64,000 nucleotides of DNA from assembly GCA_034437575.1 (NCBI GenBank), contig DAOTTY010000081.1:31111-95110 (forward strand), read 5' to 3'. Made by a program: the position numbers and the translations under genes. The stretch's first letter is position 1. The number at the start of each line of letters is the position of its first letter. The notes below the pieces were generated by a model. That model saw nothing but the letters and a program-made list of their open reading frames with translations. It was not told where the DNA came from and did not search any database. Origin of the DNA: Anaerolineae bacterium (GTDB taxonomy: Bacteria; Chloroflexota; Anaerolineae; Aggregatilineales; Phototrophicaceae). Of this stretch, positions 55,744 to 64,000 are shown piece after piece.

Positions 55744-57145
55744 GTTGCCAGGATAACTGAAACCGCCGGTCGTTCAAACCGCCATCGCGATAAGCAAAGA
55801 AAGTGTCAATCGGGGTGGCAATTGAACGAAACACCTCATCATTCTCACACTGGTACAAAGTGATCCCCACAAGGCGAGTGCCCTCCGGCGGCTCAATTTC
55901 AGACTCGGCAAAGGTTGTCATTGCCTCATTGAGTGCCTCCTGGCGGTTTGTAATGGCCTCAGTGCAGATATTGATTAGAAACGCCTCGCCAGATTCGGTC
56001 TCGATCACACTGGTTGGTCTAGCTTCATTGAGAGTGAAATCGCTAAATACATCTGCAAGAGAAACCGTCTCGGACGTTGTTGGTAAGGGTGTGTTGGTTA
56101 ATGTGGGCGCTGGTGTGTCTGTCACAGTCGGTTCCTGAGTTGGCGTATCTGTCGGAGATGATGTTTCAGTTGCGGTCGGTTCGTCAGTTGTTTCTTCTGT
56201 CTCAGCAATATCCTCTATGGCAGATACAGTGGCCGCTTCTTCTGTTTCGTCATCCATTTCTTGTACGGTGGCGTCCTCGGTCGGTTCGCTGGTGGCACCA
56301 TCCGGTTCTGTTAGGTTTCCCGTTGAAGTTACATCGGTTTCATCCACCTCTGTAACAACTTCTTCGGTTTGTTCCTCTATAATTTCAGTGGCATCTTCCG
56401 TTGCTTCGATTGTTTCTTCAATAGCATCATCGGTTGGTTCGGTAGGTGCTTCTGTAGCCTCATCTGTGCCAACAATCGCCCCGGTTACAGCATCATCAGT
56501 TTCAGTGGCCACCTGTGCTGATTCTGCCTCTGCCGTGATGTCACCCTGTGGCACCCCCAAACCTAAGGGCGTTTCAGTGGGGTTAGCTTGCGCCACCGCT
56601 TGAGTTGTGGCAGGTGGTGCAACCGAACTGCCCTGATTGCGAAACGCTAACCACAGCACAAATACAATCAGGGCAACGCCCAACAGAGTCGCCAATGCAA
56701 GCGGCAGCACAAGATTGCGCTTACCCTCTGCCTCAATGTCCAAATCATCGTCCAAATCGAGGTCATCGTCGAAGCTGCTATCGTCCAAATCAGTGTCAGG
56801 CTGGTAGGAAGGTTCGGCAACAGGGCTGCCAGGGGCCAGGGGCCGGATGCGCTTGATGCCCGTGCCTATTTCGCCTGTTGGTGAGGGGGCTGTTGGCTGC
56901 AACTCATCAATCTCGGCCAACATTTCATCAACCTGTGGATACTGTGGATCCAGTTCTTTAATCTGCCGGAGCGCTCGACGTGCATCTGTGGGATTATCTA
57001 CTGCATGAGCGTAAACCCACCACACATCAGGGTTATCAGCTTCGCTTTCTAACATGGGTTCCAAGAGCTGTCGCGCTTCGTCAATACGATTTGCCTCAAT
57101 GAGTTCATAAGCCTCACTAAGTGCTTCATTCGTGGCAGTCACCAT
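55733..57145 (-). CDS. Single-pass membrane protein: cytoplasmic TPR-like N-domain, very acidic Thr/Glu/Asp-rich ectodomain linker, small globular C-domain
   Basis: 470 aa. TPR-like helices at the N-terminus, TM LVLPLALATLLGVALIVFVLWLAF, about 200 aa of low-complexity T/E/D/A sequence, then a Cys-containing C-terminal domain. No family recognised. Confidence 0.55.
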   Translation of the reverse strand: MVTATNEALSEAYELIEANRIDEARQLLEPMLESEADNPDVWWVYAHAVDNPTDARRALRQIKELDPQYPQVDEMLAEIDELQPTAPSPTGEIGTGIKRIRPLAPGSPVAEPSYQPDTDLDDSSFDDDLDLDDDLDIEAEGKRNLVLPLALATLLGVALIVFVLWLAFRNQGSSVAPPATTQAVAQANPTETPLGLGVPQGDITAEAESAQVATETDDAVTGAIVGTDEATEAPTEPTDDAIEETIEATEDATEIIEEQTEEVVTEVDETDVTSTGNLTEPDGATSEPTEDATVQEMDDETEEAATVSAIEDIAETEETTDEPTATETSSPTDTPTQEPTVTDTPAPTLTNTPLPTTSETVSLADVFSDFTLNEARPTSVIETESGEAFLINICTEAITNRQEALNEAMTTFAESEIEPPEGTRLVGITLYQCENDEVFRSIATPIDTFFAYRDGGLNDRRFQLSWQPIQ

Positions 57146-57230
57146 GTTTATGTCTTTCCTAACTCATGAAAGCATGTAGATGTTTCAGTGCAGTGTACAA
57201 CGTTGCCCGCGCCCTCGCAATAAAACGAAA

Positions 57231-57256
57231 CAGGCTCACATCATGACGTGAGCCTG
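57231..57256 (-). terminator. Rho-independent terminator downstream of tRNA-Leu (bidirectional shape)
   Basis: CAGGCTCAC-8 nt-GTGAGCCTG. On the minus strand it is followed by TTTCGTTTTATT, on the plus strand by TTTTT. Confidence 0.5.
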
Positions 57257-57260
57257 TTTT

Positions 57261-57342
57261 TGCCCTGAAGAGGACTCGAACCTCCACCCCGTTAAGGACA
57301 CGGCCCTCAACCGTGCGCGTCTGCCAATTCCGCCATCAGGGC
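57261..57342 (-). tRNA. tRNA-Leu (anticodon GAG), class II with a long variable arm
   Basis: Folded by hand, 82 nt: acceptor GCCCTGA/TCAGGGC, anticodon stem CACGG/CCGTG with loop TT-GAG-GG, long variable arm, T-arm GGAGG-TTCGAGT-CCTCT, discriminator A. Confidence 0.93.
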
Positions 57343-57356
57343 GTTACAATATGAAC

Positions 57357-57384
57357 AGTATATATAGGATTGGGCGCGTGTCAA
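57357..57384 (-). promoter_or_regulatory. Near-consensus sigma-70-type promoter for tRNA-Leu
   Basis: Minus strand TTGACA-16 nt-TATACT, with the -10 ending 14 nt before the mature tRNA 5' end. Confidence 0.45.
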
Positions 57385-57423
57385 CTATGCGGCATGGCCA
57401 TCGAAAACAGAAAGGACCCGTTT

Positions 57424-58431
57424 ATGCGGATCGCGCTAGACGCGATGGGAACCGATACACACCCTCGGCCTGATGTTGCGGGAGGTGTGCTGGCTGCACG
57501 TATGTTCGGTGGAACGATCATTCTGGTTGGGGATGAACAGGCAGTTCAAGCGGAGCTGTCCACATACGACACAACTGACTTACACATTGAGATACACCAT
57601 GCCAATGAAGCTGTCACCATGACGGACAAACCCAATGAAGTGCTTCGCGGCAAGAAGCAGTCATCTATACACATTGGCACGCAACTCGTTGCAGACGGTG
57701 AGGCAGACGCATTTGTGACCGCAGGCAACACTGGGGCAGCCCTGGCCATTTCGATGTTCACAGTTAAGCGCATCGAAGGCGTCAAACGCCCGGCAATCAC
57801 CGCTGTTGGTGAACTGAATGGGAGTTTGGTCACCATCATTGACGTGGGCGCAAACACAGATACTAAATTGGATTGGCTCCAACAGTTTGCCCTGATGGGC
57901 CATGTTTACGCTGAACAGGTCCTCCAGGTGAAGCAGCCGCGTGTTGGCTTGCTGGCAAACGGCACTGAAGGCACAAAAGGCAATCAACTCGTGCGTGATG
58001 CCAATCCTGTTTTTCAGAACATGCCTATCAACTTCGTTGGTAACATTGAACCTGGGGACATTTTTGAAGGCAAAGTTGATGTTGTTGTGACGGATGGGTA
58101 TGTGGGTAACATCCTGCTAAAAACATTTGAGGCCACAATGTCATCGTTGGGCAAGATACTGCGGCGTGAACTTACAGTAGATTGGCGCGCAAAGCTCGGT
58201 GCGTGGCTGTTGCGGCCTTATCTGCACACAAGCATTCGGCAATTAGACCCCACACAGTACGGTGGTGCCCCGTTGCTGGGCCTTAATGGCATTGTCATCA
58301 TCACTCATGGTGGCGCGTCTGCTGAGGTCATACGGGACTCAGTCGGTCAGGCACGGAAGGCGGTTCAGGCTGATGTCATCAGAAAAACGGCACAGGGGTT
58401 GATGGAACTGAACCAGGGTAAATCGGAATGA
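57424..58431 (+). CDS. plsX: Phosphate acyltransferase PlsX
   Basis: MRIALDAMGTD N-terminus, FVTAGNTGA, GYVGNILLK, GAPLLGLNG motifs. ATG at 57424 (the ORF-track TTG at 57370 is rejected). Confidence 0.9.
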   Translation: MRIALDAMGTDTHPRPDVAGGVLAARMFGGTIILVGDEQAVQAELSTYDTTDLHIEIHHANEAVTMTDKPNEVLRGKKQSSIHIGTQLVADGEADAFVTAGNTGAALAISMFTVKRIEGVKRPAITAVGELNGSLVTIIDVGANTDTKLDWLQQFALMGHVYAEQVLQVKQPRVGLLANGTEGTKGNQLVRDANPVFQNMPINFVGNIEPGDIFEGKVDVVVTDGYVGNILLKTFEATMSSLGKILRRELTVDWRAKLGAWLLRPYLHTSIRQLDPTQYGGAPLLGLNGIVIITHGGASAEVIRDSVGQARKAVQADVIRKTAQGLMELNQGKSE

Positions 58432-59687
58432 GATTAGTAGACGAGCGTGGCAGGCCACGTGTCGTAGTGACTGGCATGGGCGCAGTTACCCCACATGGTG
58501 ACGCACAACAAACCTGGGTCAATCTCTTACAGGCGCAGTCAGCCATTACCCGCATTGAACAAGATTGGGCTACTCATGTGCCCGTAGGCATCGCCGGGCA
58601 GGCGTATGACTTTGACCCGCTGGTCTATCTTTCCAAAAAGGAGGTGCGGCGTGTGCCACGCCCGTCACAATTTGCAATAGCTGCTGTGCAAATGGCCCTT
58701 GATGACAGCGGCTTGGATTTAGACGATGTTGAGCATGAGCGCGTGGGAGTCGTGATGGGTACGACAATGGGGCCACACTTGCTTGCGGAGGAGATGACCA
58801 CCCGATACCGCCAGAATAATCACAAGCGTCCTAATCCTGTGTTGTTCGCAAATTGCCTGCCCAATATGCCTGCTCATTACATCAGTGAGCGCCTGCGAGC
58901 TTATGGCCCACAAATGACACCCATTGCAGCATGTGCAACCGGGACACAGGCAATTGGCGATGGTGTTGAGTTGATCCGCACAAGACGTGCCGATGTTGTT
59001 TTCGCAGGTGCCACAGAAGCGATTATCCAGGATTACATCATTGCGGGCTTTGCTTCCATCGAGGCACTGGCAACTGGCTATGAGCAAGACCCAACCGCAG
59101 CCAGCCGCCCCTTTGACGCTGACCGCTCCGGCTTCGTACTAAGTGAAGGATGTGCCCTGCTCGTACTGGAAACGCTAGAACACGCCTTAGGGCGCGATGC
59201 TGCCATCTATGCGGAGGTGCTGGGCCATGCCAGTTCATCTGATGCATACCACATTGCTGCCATTGACCCGGACGCCAGCGGAATGATCCGCAGTATGCGG
59301 TGGGCACTTGCGGATGCACGCTTGGTGCCAAATCAGATTGGTTACATCAATTCGCACGGTTCATCAACCGAGCCGAATGACCGTCTAGAAACTTTGGCCA
59401 TCAAACAGATATGGGGCGAAGATGCTTACACAACTCCTATAAGTTCCACCAAAAGTATGTTGGGCCATGCTATGGCCGCTGCGGGCGCGATTGAAGCAAT
59501 TGCCAGCCTTCAAGCGCTGAATACCCATATACTTCCGCCCACAATTAACTACCAAACAGCCGATCCAACCTGCGACCTGGATTATGTCCCTAACGAGGCC
59601 CGCAGCGTGCAGCCCATGACGGCTGTGCTGTCGGCTAATTTTGGCCTGGGTGGGCAAAATGCAACCGTCATCTTCGGCAAAGTCTAA
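58428..59687 (+). CDS. fabF: 3-oxoacyl-ACP synthase II (KAS I/II family)
   Basis: Cys-His-His triad contexts IAACATGTQAIG, INSHGSSTEPND, KSMLGHAMAAAG. ATGA overlap with plsX. Confidence 0.88.
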   Translation: MRLVDERGRPRVVVTGMGAVTPHGDAQQTWVNLLQAQSAITRIEQDWATHVPVGIAGQAYDFDPLVYLSKKEVRRVPRPSQFAIAAVQMALDDSGLDLDDVEHERVGVVMGTTMGPHLLAEEMTTRYRQNNHKRPNPVLFANCLPNMPAHYISERLRAYGPQMTPIAACATGTQAIGDGVELIRTRRADVVFAGATEAIIQDYIIAGFASIEALATGYEQDPTAASRPFDADRSGFVLSEGCALLVLETLEHALGRDAAIYAEVLGHASSSDAYHIAAIDPDASGMIRSMRWALADARLVPNQIGYINSHGSSTEPNDRLETLAIKQIWGEDAYTTPISSTKSMLGHAMAAAGAIEAIASLQALNTHILPPTINYQTADPTCDLDYVPNEARSVQPMTAVLSANFGLGGQNATVIFGKV

Positions 59688-59758
59688 TCCTTGCGACCAC
59701 ACGCTCAAAGGTTACAATATAGTTACGAACGTTTTTCAGTCAGCACAGGTACAACAAC

Positions 59759-61135
59759 ATGCCACAAAGCATAACCATTGTCGGCGGAGGTCTCGCCGGG
59801 TCAGAAGCAGCATGGCAGCTTGCAGAGCGTGGTTTTGCAGTCAGGCTGTACGAAATGCGGCCCAGGCGTGAAACCGGCGCTCACGTCACTGGCCAACTTG
59901 GGGAATTAGTTTGCAGTAACTCGCTAGGTTCTAAGCTAGCTGACCGAGCAACCGGTGTGCTACAAAACGAACTCCGTTCGCTGCGGTCACTGCTGATTAA
60001 CGTCGCGGATCAGACAGCCGTACCTGCCGGGGGTGCCCTCGCTGTTGACCGTAAGCTATTTGCAGAAAAGGTCACGCATCATCTCGAAGCCCACCCGAAT
60101 ATCGAGGTTATCCGCGAAGAAGTGACTGATATTCCTGATGGCCCGACGATTGTCGCAACGGGTCCACTCACCGCAGACAAACTCGCTCAGGCTATCGCTA
60201 AATTGAGCGACGAGGAGTACCTGTACTTCTATGATGCCATTTCACCCATTGTGACGCATGAAAGTATTAACATGGACGTTGCTTTCTTCGCTAACCGCTA
60301 TGGACATGGCGATGTTGAAGGTGAAGCGGGTGATTACATCAATTGCCCGATGACCCGCGACGAATACGAACATTTTGTTAATACACTACTCGCCGCTGAG
60401 ACGATCCAATTAAGAAGTTTTGAGGAGGAAGACCCGGTTTTCTTTGAGCGGTGTATGCCGGTTGAGCAGATTGCAGCGCGTGGATTTGAGTCGTTGGCAT
60501 TTGGCCCGATGCGTCCGGTTGGCTTGACTGACCCTCGCACAGGTAAACGTCCTTATGCCGTTGTCCAGCTTCGCCGGGATAACATCGCTGGCAGTCTTTA
60601 CAATCTGGTCGGCTTTCAGACGAATATTCGTTACGGGCAACAAAAAACCATCTTGCAGCTCATTCCAGGTCTCGAAAACGCGGACTTTATCCGGTTTGGG
60701 CAAATGCACCGTAATACCTTCTTGAACTCCCCATCCATGCTGGAACCCACTATGCGCTACCGTGGGCGCGAAGACCTGTATTTCGCCGGGCAGATTACCG
60801 GAGTTGAGGGGTATGTAGGCAATGTTGCCACCGGGTTATTTGCCGCGCTCAACCTGGCACGCCACCTCAAGGGTGAATCGACGTGGGTGCTGCCACAAAC
60901 CACCATGCTTGGCGCACTGTGCCATTACGTCACCCATGCAGAGGCCAAGTACTTCCAGCCAATGAAGGCAAATTTTGGTATACTGCCCGAATTGCCGCAG
61001 CGCATCAAGAGCAAACGTGAACGCTATGCTGCCTATGCCGAACGTGCCCGAAATGACATGCAGGCATCCATCAGCACACATGCGGACGGTTACCTGACGC
61101 CTTTTGTATCTGAACCCATAACACACCAAGAATAA
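59759..61135 (+). CDS. trmFO: Methylenetetrahydrofolate--tRNA-(uracil54-C5)-methyltransferase TrmFO
   Basis: IVGGGLAGSEAAWQLA FAD motif, ELVCSNS, FAGQITGVEGY. 458 aa. Confidence 0.92.
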   Translation: MPQSITIVGGGLAGSEAAWQLAERGFAVRLYEMRPRRETGAHVTGQLGELVCSNSLGSKLADRATGVLQNELRSLRSLLINVADQTAVPAGGALAVDRKLFAEKVTHHLEAHPNIEVIREEVTDIPDGPTIVATGPLTADKLAQAIAKLSDEEYLYFYDAISPIVTHESINMDVAFFANRYGHGDVEGEAGDYINCPMTRDEYEHFVNTLLAAETIQLRSFEEEDPVFFERCMPVEQIAARGFESLAFGPMRPVGLTDPRTGKRPYAVVQLRRDNIAGSLYNLVGFQTNIRYGQQKTILQLIPGLENADFIRFGQMHRNTFLNSPSMLEPTMRYRGREDLYFAGQITGVEGYVGNVATGLFAALNLARHLKGESTWVLPQTTMLGALCHYVTHAEAKYFQPMKANFGILPELPQRIKSKRERYAAYAERARNDMQASISTHADGYLTPFVSEPITHQE

Positions 61136-61144
61136 GATAAATCT

Positions 61145-62335
61145 ATGTTAACGAACCGCACAACGCCGATCCGGCGTGCAGACCGCCTGGATCGGCTCCC
61201 CCCCTACGTATTTGTTACAATTTCGCAGAACGTACAACGCCTGACGGTTGCCGGGCACGACATTGTCCGCTTTGATATTGGTAACCCGGATATGCCCCCG
61301 CCGCAGCATGTGATCGACACGCTGTCCAAAGTTGCCAGCCAGCCTGACCAACACGGTTATGCCGGGTATCGCGGCATCGCGGCCTTTCGTCAGGCCGTAG
61401 CCGGTCACTACCAACGTCGTTTTGGTGTAACGCTCGATCCTGAAACCGAGGTGCTGCCGCTGATTGGTAGCAAAGAGGGCATTGTAAACCTGATGCTGGC
61501 ATATGTTGATGGGGACACGGTTGTGCTAGTGCCAGAAATCGGCTATCCAGCCTATGAAATGGGTGCCCGGCTCGCTGGTGGCACCGTTCGTTATGTCCCC
61601 ATGCCACCCGATAACGGCTACCTGCTGGATGTCACACAAATCAACCCAGAGGACATCCAACAGGCACAAATGTTATGGGTTAATTACCCGAATAACCCAA
61701 CCGGTGCTATTGCCAACCTCGCTTTTTATGAGCAGTTGGTTGCGTTCTGTGGCGAAAACGGTATCTTGCTGGCGTCAGATAACCCCTATGCTGAAGTCCT
61801 TTATGATGACACAACCGGGCTGAGTGCCTTACAGGCTGACCCTGATAAAACTTGCACCGTCGAATTCATGTCGTTTTCCAAATCCTACAACATGGCCGGA
61901 TGGCGTCTGGGTGCGGCTGTCGGCAATGCGGATGTACTCAAGAACCTGTTGCACGTCAAAAGCAATATGGATAGCGGTCACTTTAAGGCGATCTATCACG
62001 CAGGCATTGCTGCACTGGAGCAAACCGACCCCGCGTGGATAGCAGAGCGCAACGCGATCTATCAGCAGCGCCGCGACTTGATTATGAACGCACTGCCGGA
62101 TGTGGGCCTAAAGGCGGAAAAGCCTGCTGGTGCCATGTATGTTTGGGCGCAAGTGATGGATGGTAACGCCGAACAGTATGTCATGGATGCACTCAAGGTA
62201 GCGCATGTGTCCCTAGCCCCTGGTATTGCCTATGGCCCCGGTGGTGCAGGCTACATTCGCCTGAGTGTAGGAGTGCCTAATGAACGTTTGCAAGCGGGTT
62301 TTGACCGACTGAAAACATGGTATATGAAGCGGTAG
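61145..62335 (+). CDS. Class I/II PLP-dependent aminotransferase (AspC / LL-DAP aminotransferase-like)
   Basis: NYPNNPTG and PLP-Lys motif SFSKSYNMAGWRLG. Substrate cannot be assigned by eye. Confidence 0.85.
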   Translation: MLTNRTTPIRRADRLDRLPPYVFVTISQNVQRLTVAGHDIVRFDIGNPDMPPPQHVIDTLSKVASQPDQHGYAGYRGIAAFRQAVAGHYQRRFGVTLDPETEVLPLIGSKEGIVNLMLAYVDGDTVVLVPEIGYPAYEMGARLAGGTVRYVPMPPDNGYLLDVTQINPEDIQQAQMLWVNYPNNPTGAIANLAFYEQLVAFCGENGILLASDNPYAEVLYDDTTGLSALQADPDKTCTVEFMSFSKSYNMAGWRLGAAVGNADVLKNLLHVKSNMDSGHFKAIYHAGIAALEQTDPAWIAERNAIYQQRRDLIMNALPDVGLKAEKPAGAMYVWAQVMDGNAEQYVMDALKVAHVSLAPGIAYGPGGAGYIRLSVGVPNERLQAGFDRLKTWYMKR

Positions 62336-62338
62336 CCT

Positions 62339-63661
62339 ATGACCAACTACTTTGAAACTGAATTAGTGCCCGAACGTGCCTTCCTGGTTGGCATCGAAAT
62401 TCGTGGCACCCGGTCTCCGCTGATGATTGAGGACTCACTGGAAGAACTGGCTCTTCTAGCCGACACGGCTGGCCTTGATGTTGTAGGAGAGGCCATGCAG
62501 CGCCTGCACAGCGTTGACCCAGCCACATACATCGGCTCCGGTAAGGTGAACGAAATCCGCGAAGCGGTTACAGCGCTCGATGCCCAGGTAATTGTTTTCG
62601 ATGATGAACTATCACCACGACACCAGCGTGAACTTGAAAAACGCTTTGGCGAAAACGTCCGCGTGGTTGACCGCTCTGTGCTGATCCTCGATATTTTCGC
62701 CCAACACGCCCGCACCCACGAAGGGTCTTTACAGGTGGAGCTGGCCCAATACGAATATCGCTTACCTCGCCTGACACGCCAATGGTCGCACCTTGCTCGG
62801 CAGGCTGGCGGCGGCGGCGCTCGTGGTGGTTCTGGTGGCGTGGGCCTGCGCGGCCCCGGTGAAACTCAGCTTGAGGCTGACCGCCGTGAAATCCGCGATA
62901 AGATTGATAAACTCAAAGAAAGCTTGGAAGGCGTCCGCATTCACCGAGAAACCCACCGGCGCAAGCGGCGTAAATCGGGCATCCCGGTTGTTGCACTGGT
63001 GGGCTACACCAACGCAGGAAAGTCAACACTCTTGCAAGCCCTCACAGGCGCTAAAACATACGTGGCAGATCAGCTATTCGCCACGCTAGACCCGCTGACC
63101 CGCAAAACAGAGCTGCCGTCTGGCCGCAACATGCTTTTATCAGACACAGTGGGATTCATCCAAAAGCTGCCCACGACCTTAATCGCGGCATTTCGCGCAA
63201 CATTGGAAGAAGCCAAAGAAGCCACGCTGGTGCTGCATGTTGTAGATGCATCCCATGCCAACGTTATTGAGCACATCGAAACGGTCGAGGATACACTGGC
63301 TGAGATTGACCTCCCGGACGTTCGGCGCATCCTGGTATGGAACAAAGCCGACCTGTGGCACGAAAGTGTGCCCCCAGCACTGCCGCCAGACATCGCCCTG
63401 GGCTATGAACGTGACGTGCTAATCTCTGCCCAAACGGGACAGGGCTTAGATGAACTTCTTCAAGCAATAGAGGACGTGCTGGCTGCGTCAATGTACCGGC
63501 TGCGCTTGCTGATTCCATACTCAGAAGGACAGATCGTATCCCTGCTGTATGACTTAGCCACTGTGGAGGCACAAGAACACATAGCAGATGGTGTTTGCAT
63601 GACGGTGCAGGTTCCGGCTTCACTTTACGAACGTATCGCCCAATTTCAAATTCTGGAGTAA
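62339..63661 (+). CDS. hflX: GTPase HflX
   Basis: HflX N-domain (LSPRHQRELEKRFG, LQVELAQYEYRLPRL). G1 GYTNAGKST, G3 DTVGF, G4 NKAD. Confidence 0.93.
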   Translation: MTNYFETELVPERAFLVGIEIRGTRSPLMIEDSLEELALLADTAGLDVVGEAMQRLHSVDPATYIGSGKVNEIREAVTALDAQVIVFDDELSPRHQRELEKRFGENVRVVDRSVLILDIFAQHARTHEGSLQVELAQYEYRLPRLTRQWSHLARQAGGGGARGGSGGVGLRGPGETQLEADRREIRDKIDKLKESLEGVRIHRETHRRKRRKSGIPVVALVGYTNAGKSTLLQALTGAKTYVADQLFATLDPLTRKTELPSGRNMLLSDTVGFIQKLPTTLIAAFRATLEEAKEATLVLHVVDASHANVIEHIETVEDTLAEIDLPDVRRILVWNKADLWHESVPPALPPDIALGYERDVLISAQTGQGLDELLQAIEDVLAASMYRLRLLIPYSEGQIVSLLYDLATVEAQEHIADGVCMTVQVPASLYERIAQFQILE

Positions 63662-63664
63662 ACC

Positions 63665-63934
63665 ATGCGTGGCTATCTAGACACATCAAAAACACTCTAT
63701 CGTTTCATCGTCTTTGTATCAGAGACACTGGCTGCCCGCCGTGGCCTGTTACCACTGATTGGTATCGGGATGACCATTGTTGGGTTCACCTTGCTTATTG
63801 TGGACGTGTTTGCTGCTCATTGGGTGATTGAGCTGGCGGGGGTGCTGTTCCAGGGACTCGGTATCATCATTGCGCTCATCGGGTTATTGCTGATTGAACC
63901 GCTGGGGCCAGCGCAACCCTATCACCGAGAATAG
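63665..63934 (+). CDS. Small hypothetical membrane protein (two TM helices)
   Basis: 89 aa with two long hydrophobic segments. Starts 4 nt after the hflX stop. No homology recognised. Confidence 0.45.
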   Translation: MRGYLDTSKTLYRFIVFVSETLAARRGLLPLIGIGMTIVGFTLLIVDVFAAHWVIELAGVLFQGLGIIIALIGLLLIEPLGPAQPYHRE

Positions 63935-64000
63935 ATCATTTTGGTTCATTATCGTACTGTCAACACACCGGCGGATATGGAACGAGTGGTTGACCTGGAA

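Noticed and set aside
56100-56600. Possible DNA tandem repeat or minisatellite in the T/E/D-rich coding region.
   Set aside because: The bias is compositional (ACN/GAN codons). I could not find a repeating DNA unit of fixed length, so this is a low-complexity protein region rather than a repeat array.
1-64000. CRISPR arrays, insertion sequences, prophage or integrative elements (including at the two tRNA genes), toxin-antitoxin pairs, restriction-modification or other defence genes.
   Set aside because: I saw no regularly spaced direct repeats, no transposase/integrase/recombinase-like ORFs, no duplicated tRNA 3' ends (att-like repeats) near 51872 or 57261, and no obvious compositional island. 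The only AT-rich stretches are ordinary intergenic promoter regions (19858-20063, 53880-54108).

Overview
This 64 kb window looks like densely packed core chromosome (about 55 protein genes and 2 tRNAs, roughly 90% coding). I found no transposase, integrase, CRISPR array, recognisable defence or toxin gene, or rRNA. The host is probably a Chloroflexota-like bacterium. That guess is low confidence and rests on gene content only: a bacterial mevalonate pathway with an archaeal-type HMG-CoA synthase/thiolase/DUF35 trio plus isopentenyl phosphate kinase, and many SH3b/LysM envelope proteins.

Main blocks:
- 551-4081: sugar ABC importer with no ATPase gene.
- 4313-13077: BMP-type (nucleoside-like) ABC importer co-oriented with a molybdenum hydroxylase.
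- 14521-18644: upper mevalonate pathway.
- 20064-22475: cinA followed by two catalytically degenerate pyrF-like and pyrE-like ORFs.
- 22506-28948: lepA and tlyA, then a tightly coupled secreted S1 protease, anchored protein and PrsW-like membrane protein.
- 30596-33361: lower mevalonate pathway (isopentenyl phosphate kinase, mevalonate kinase, decarboxylase).
- 33458-40080: rseP and an envelope/cell-wall cluster.
- 40152-41289: a SufR-like regulator with an A-type Fe-S carrier.
- 41452-48441: pheA-asd-hisD-kinase-like ORF, convergent with hisZ-like and long-form hisG.
- 48623-63934: SH3b proteins, a receiver protein, smpB, ctp, a hybrid sensor kinase, plsX-fabF, trmFO, an aminotransferase and hflX.

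I see no clear-cut new system. The best candidates for follow-up are the cinA-linked pseudo-PyrF/pseudo-PyrE pair, the split cysteine-less DUF35 scaffold, the protease/PrsW-like module, and the kinase-fold and HisRS-like genes wired into histidine biosynthesis. All homology calls come from reading motifs by eye, not from database searches.
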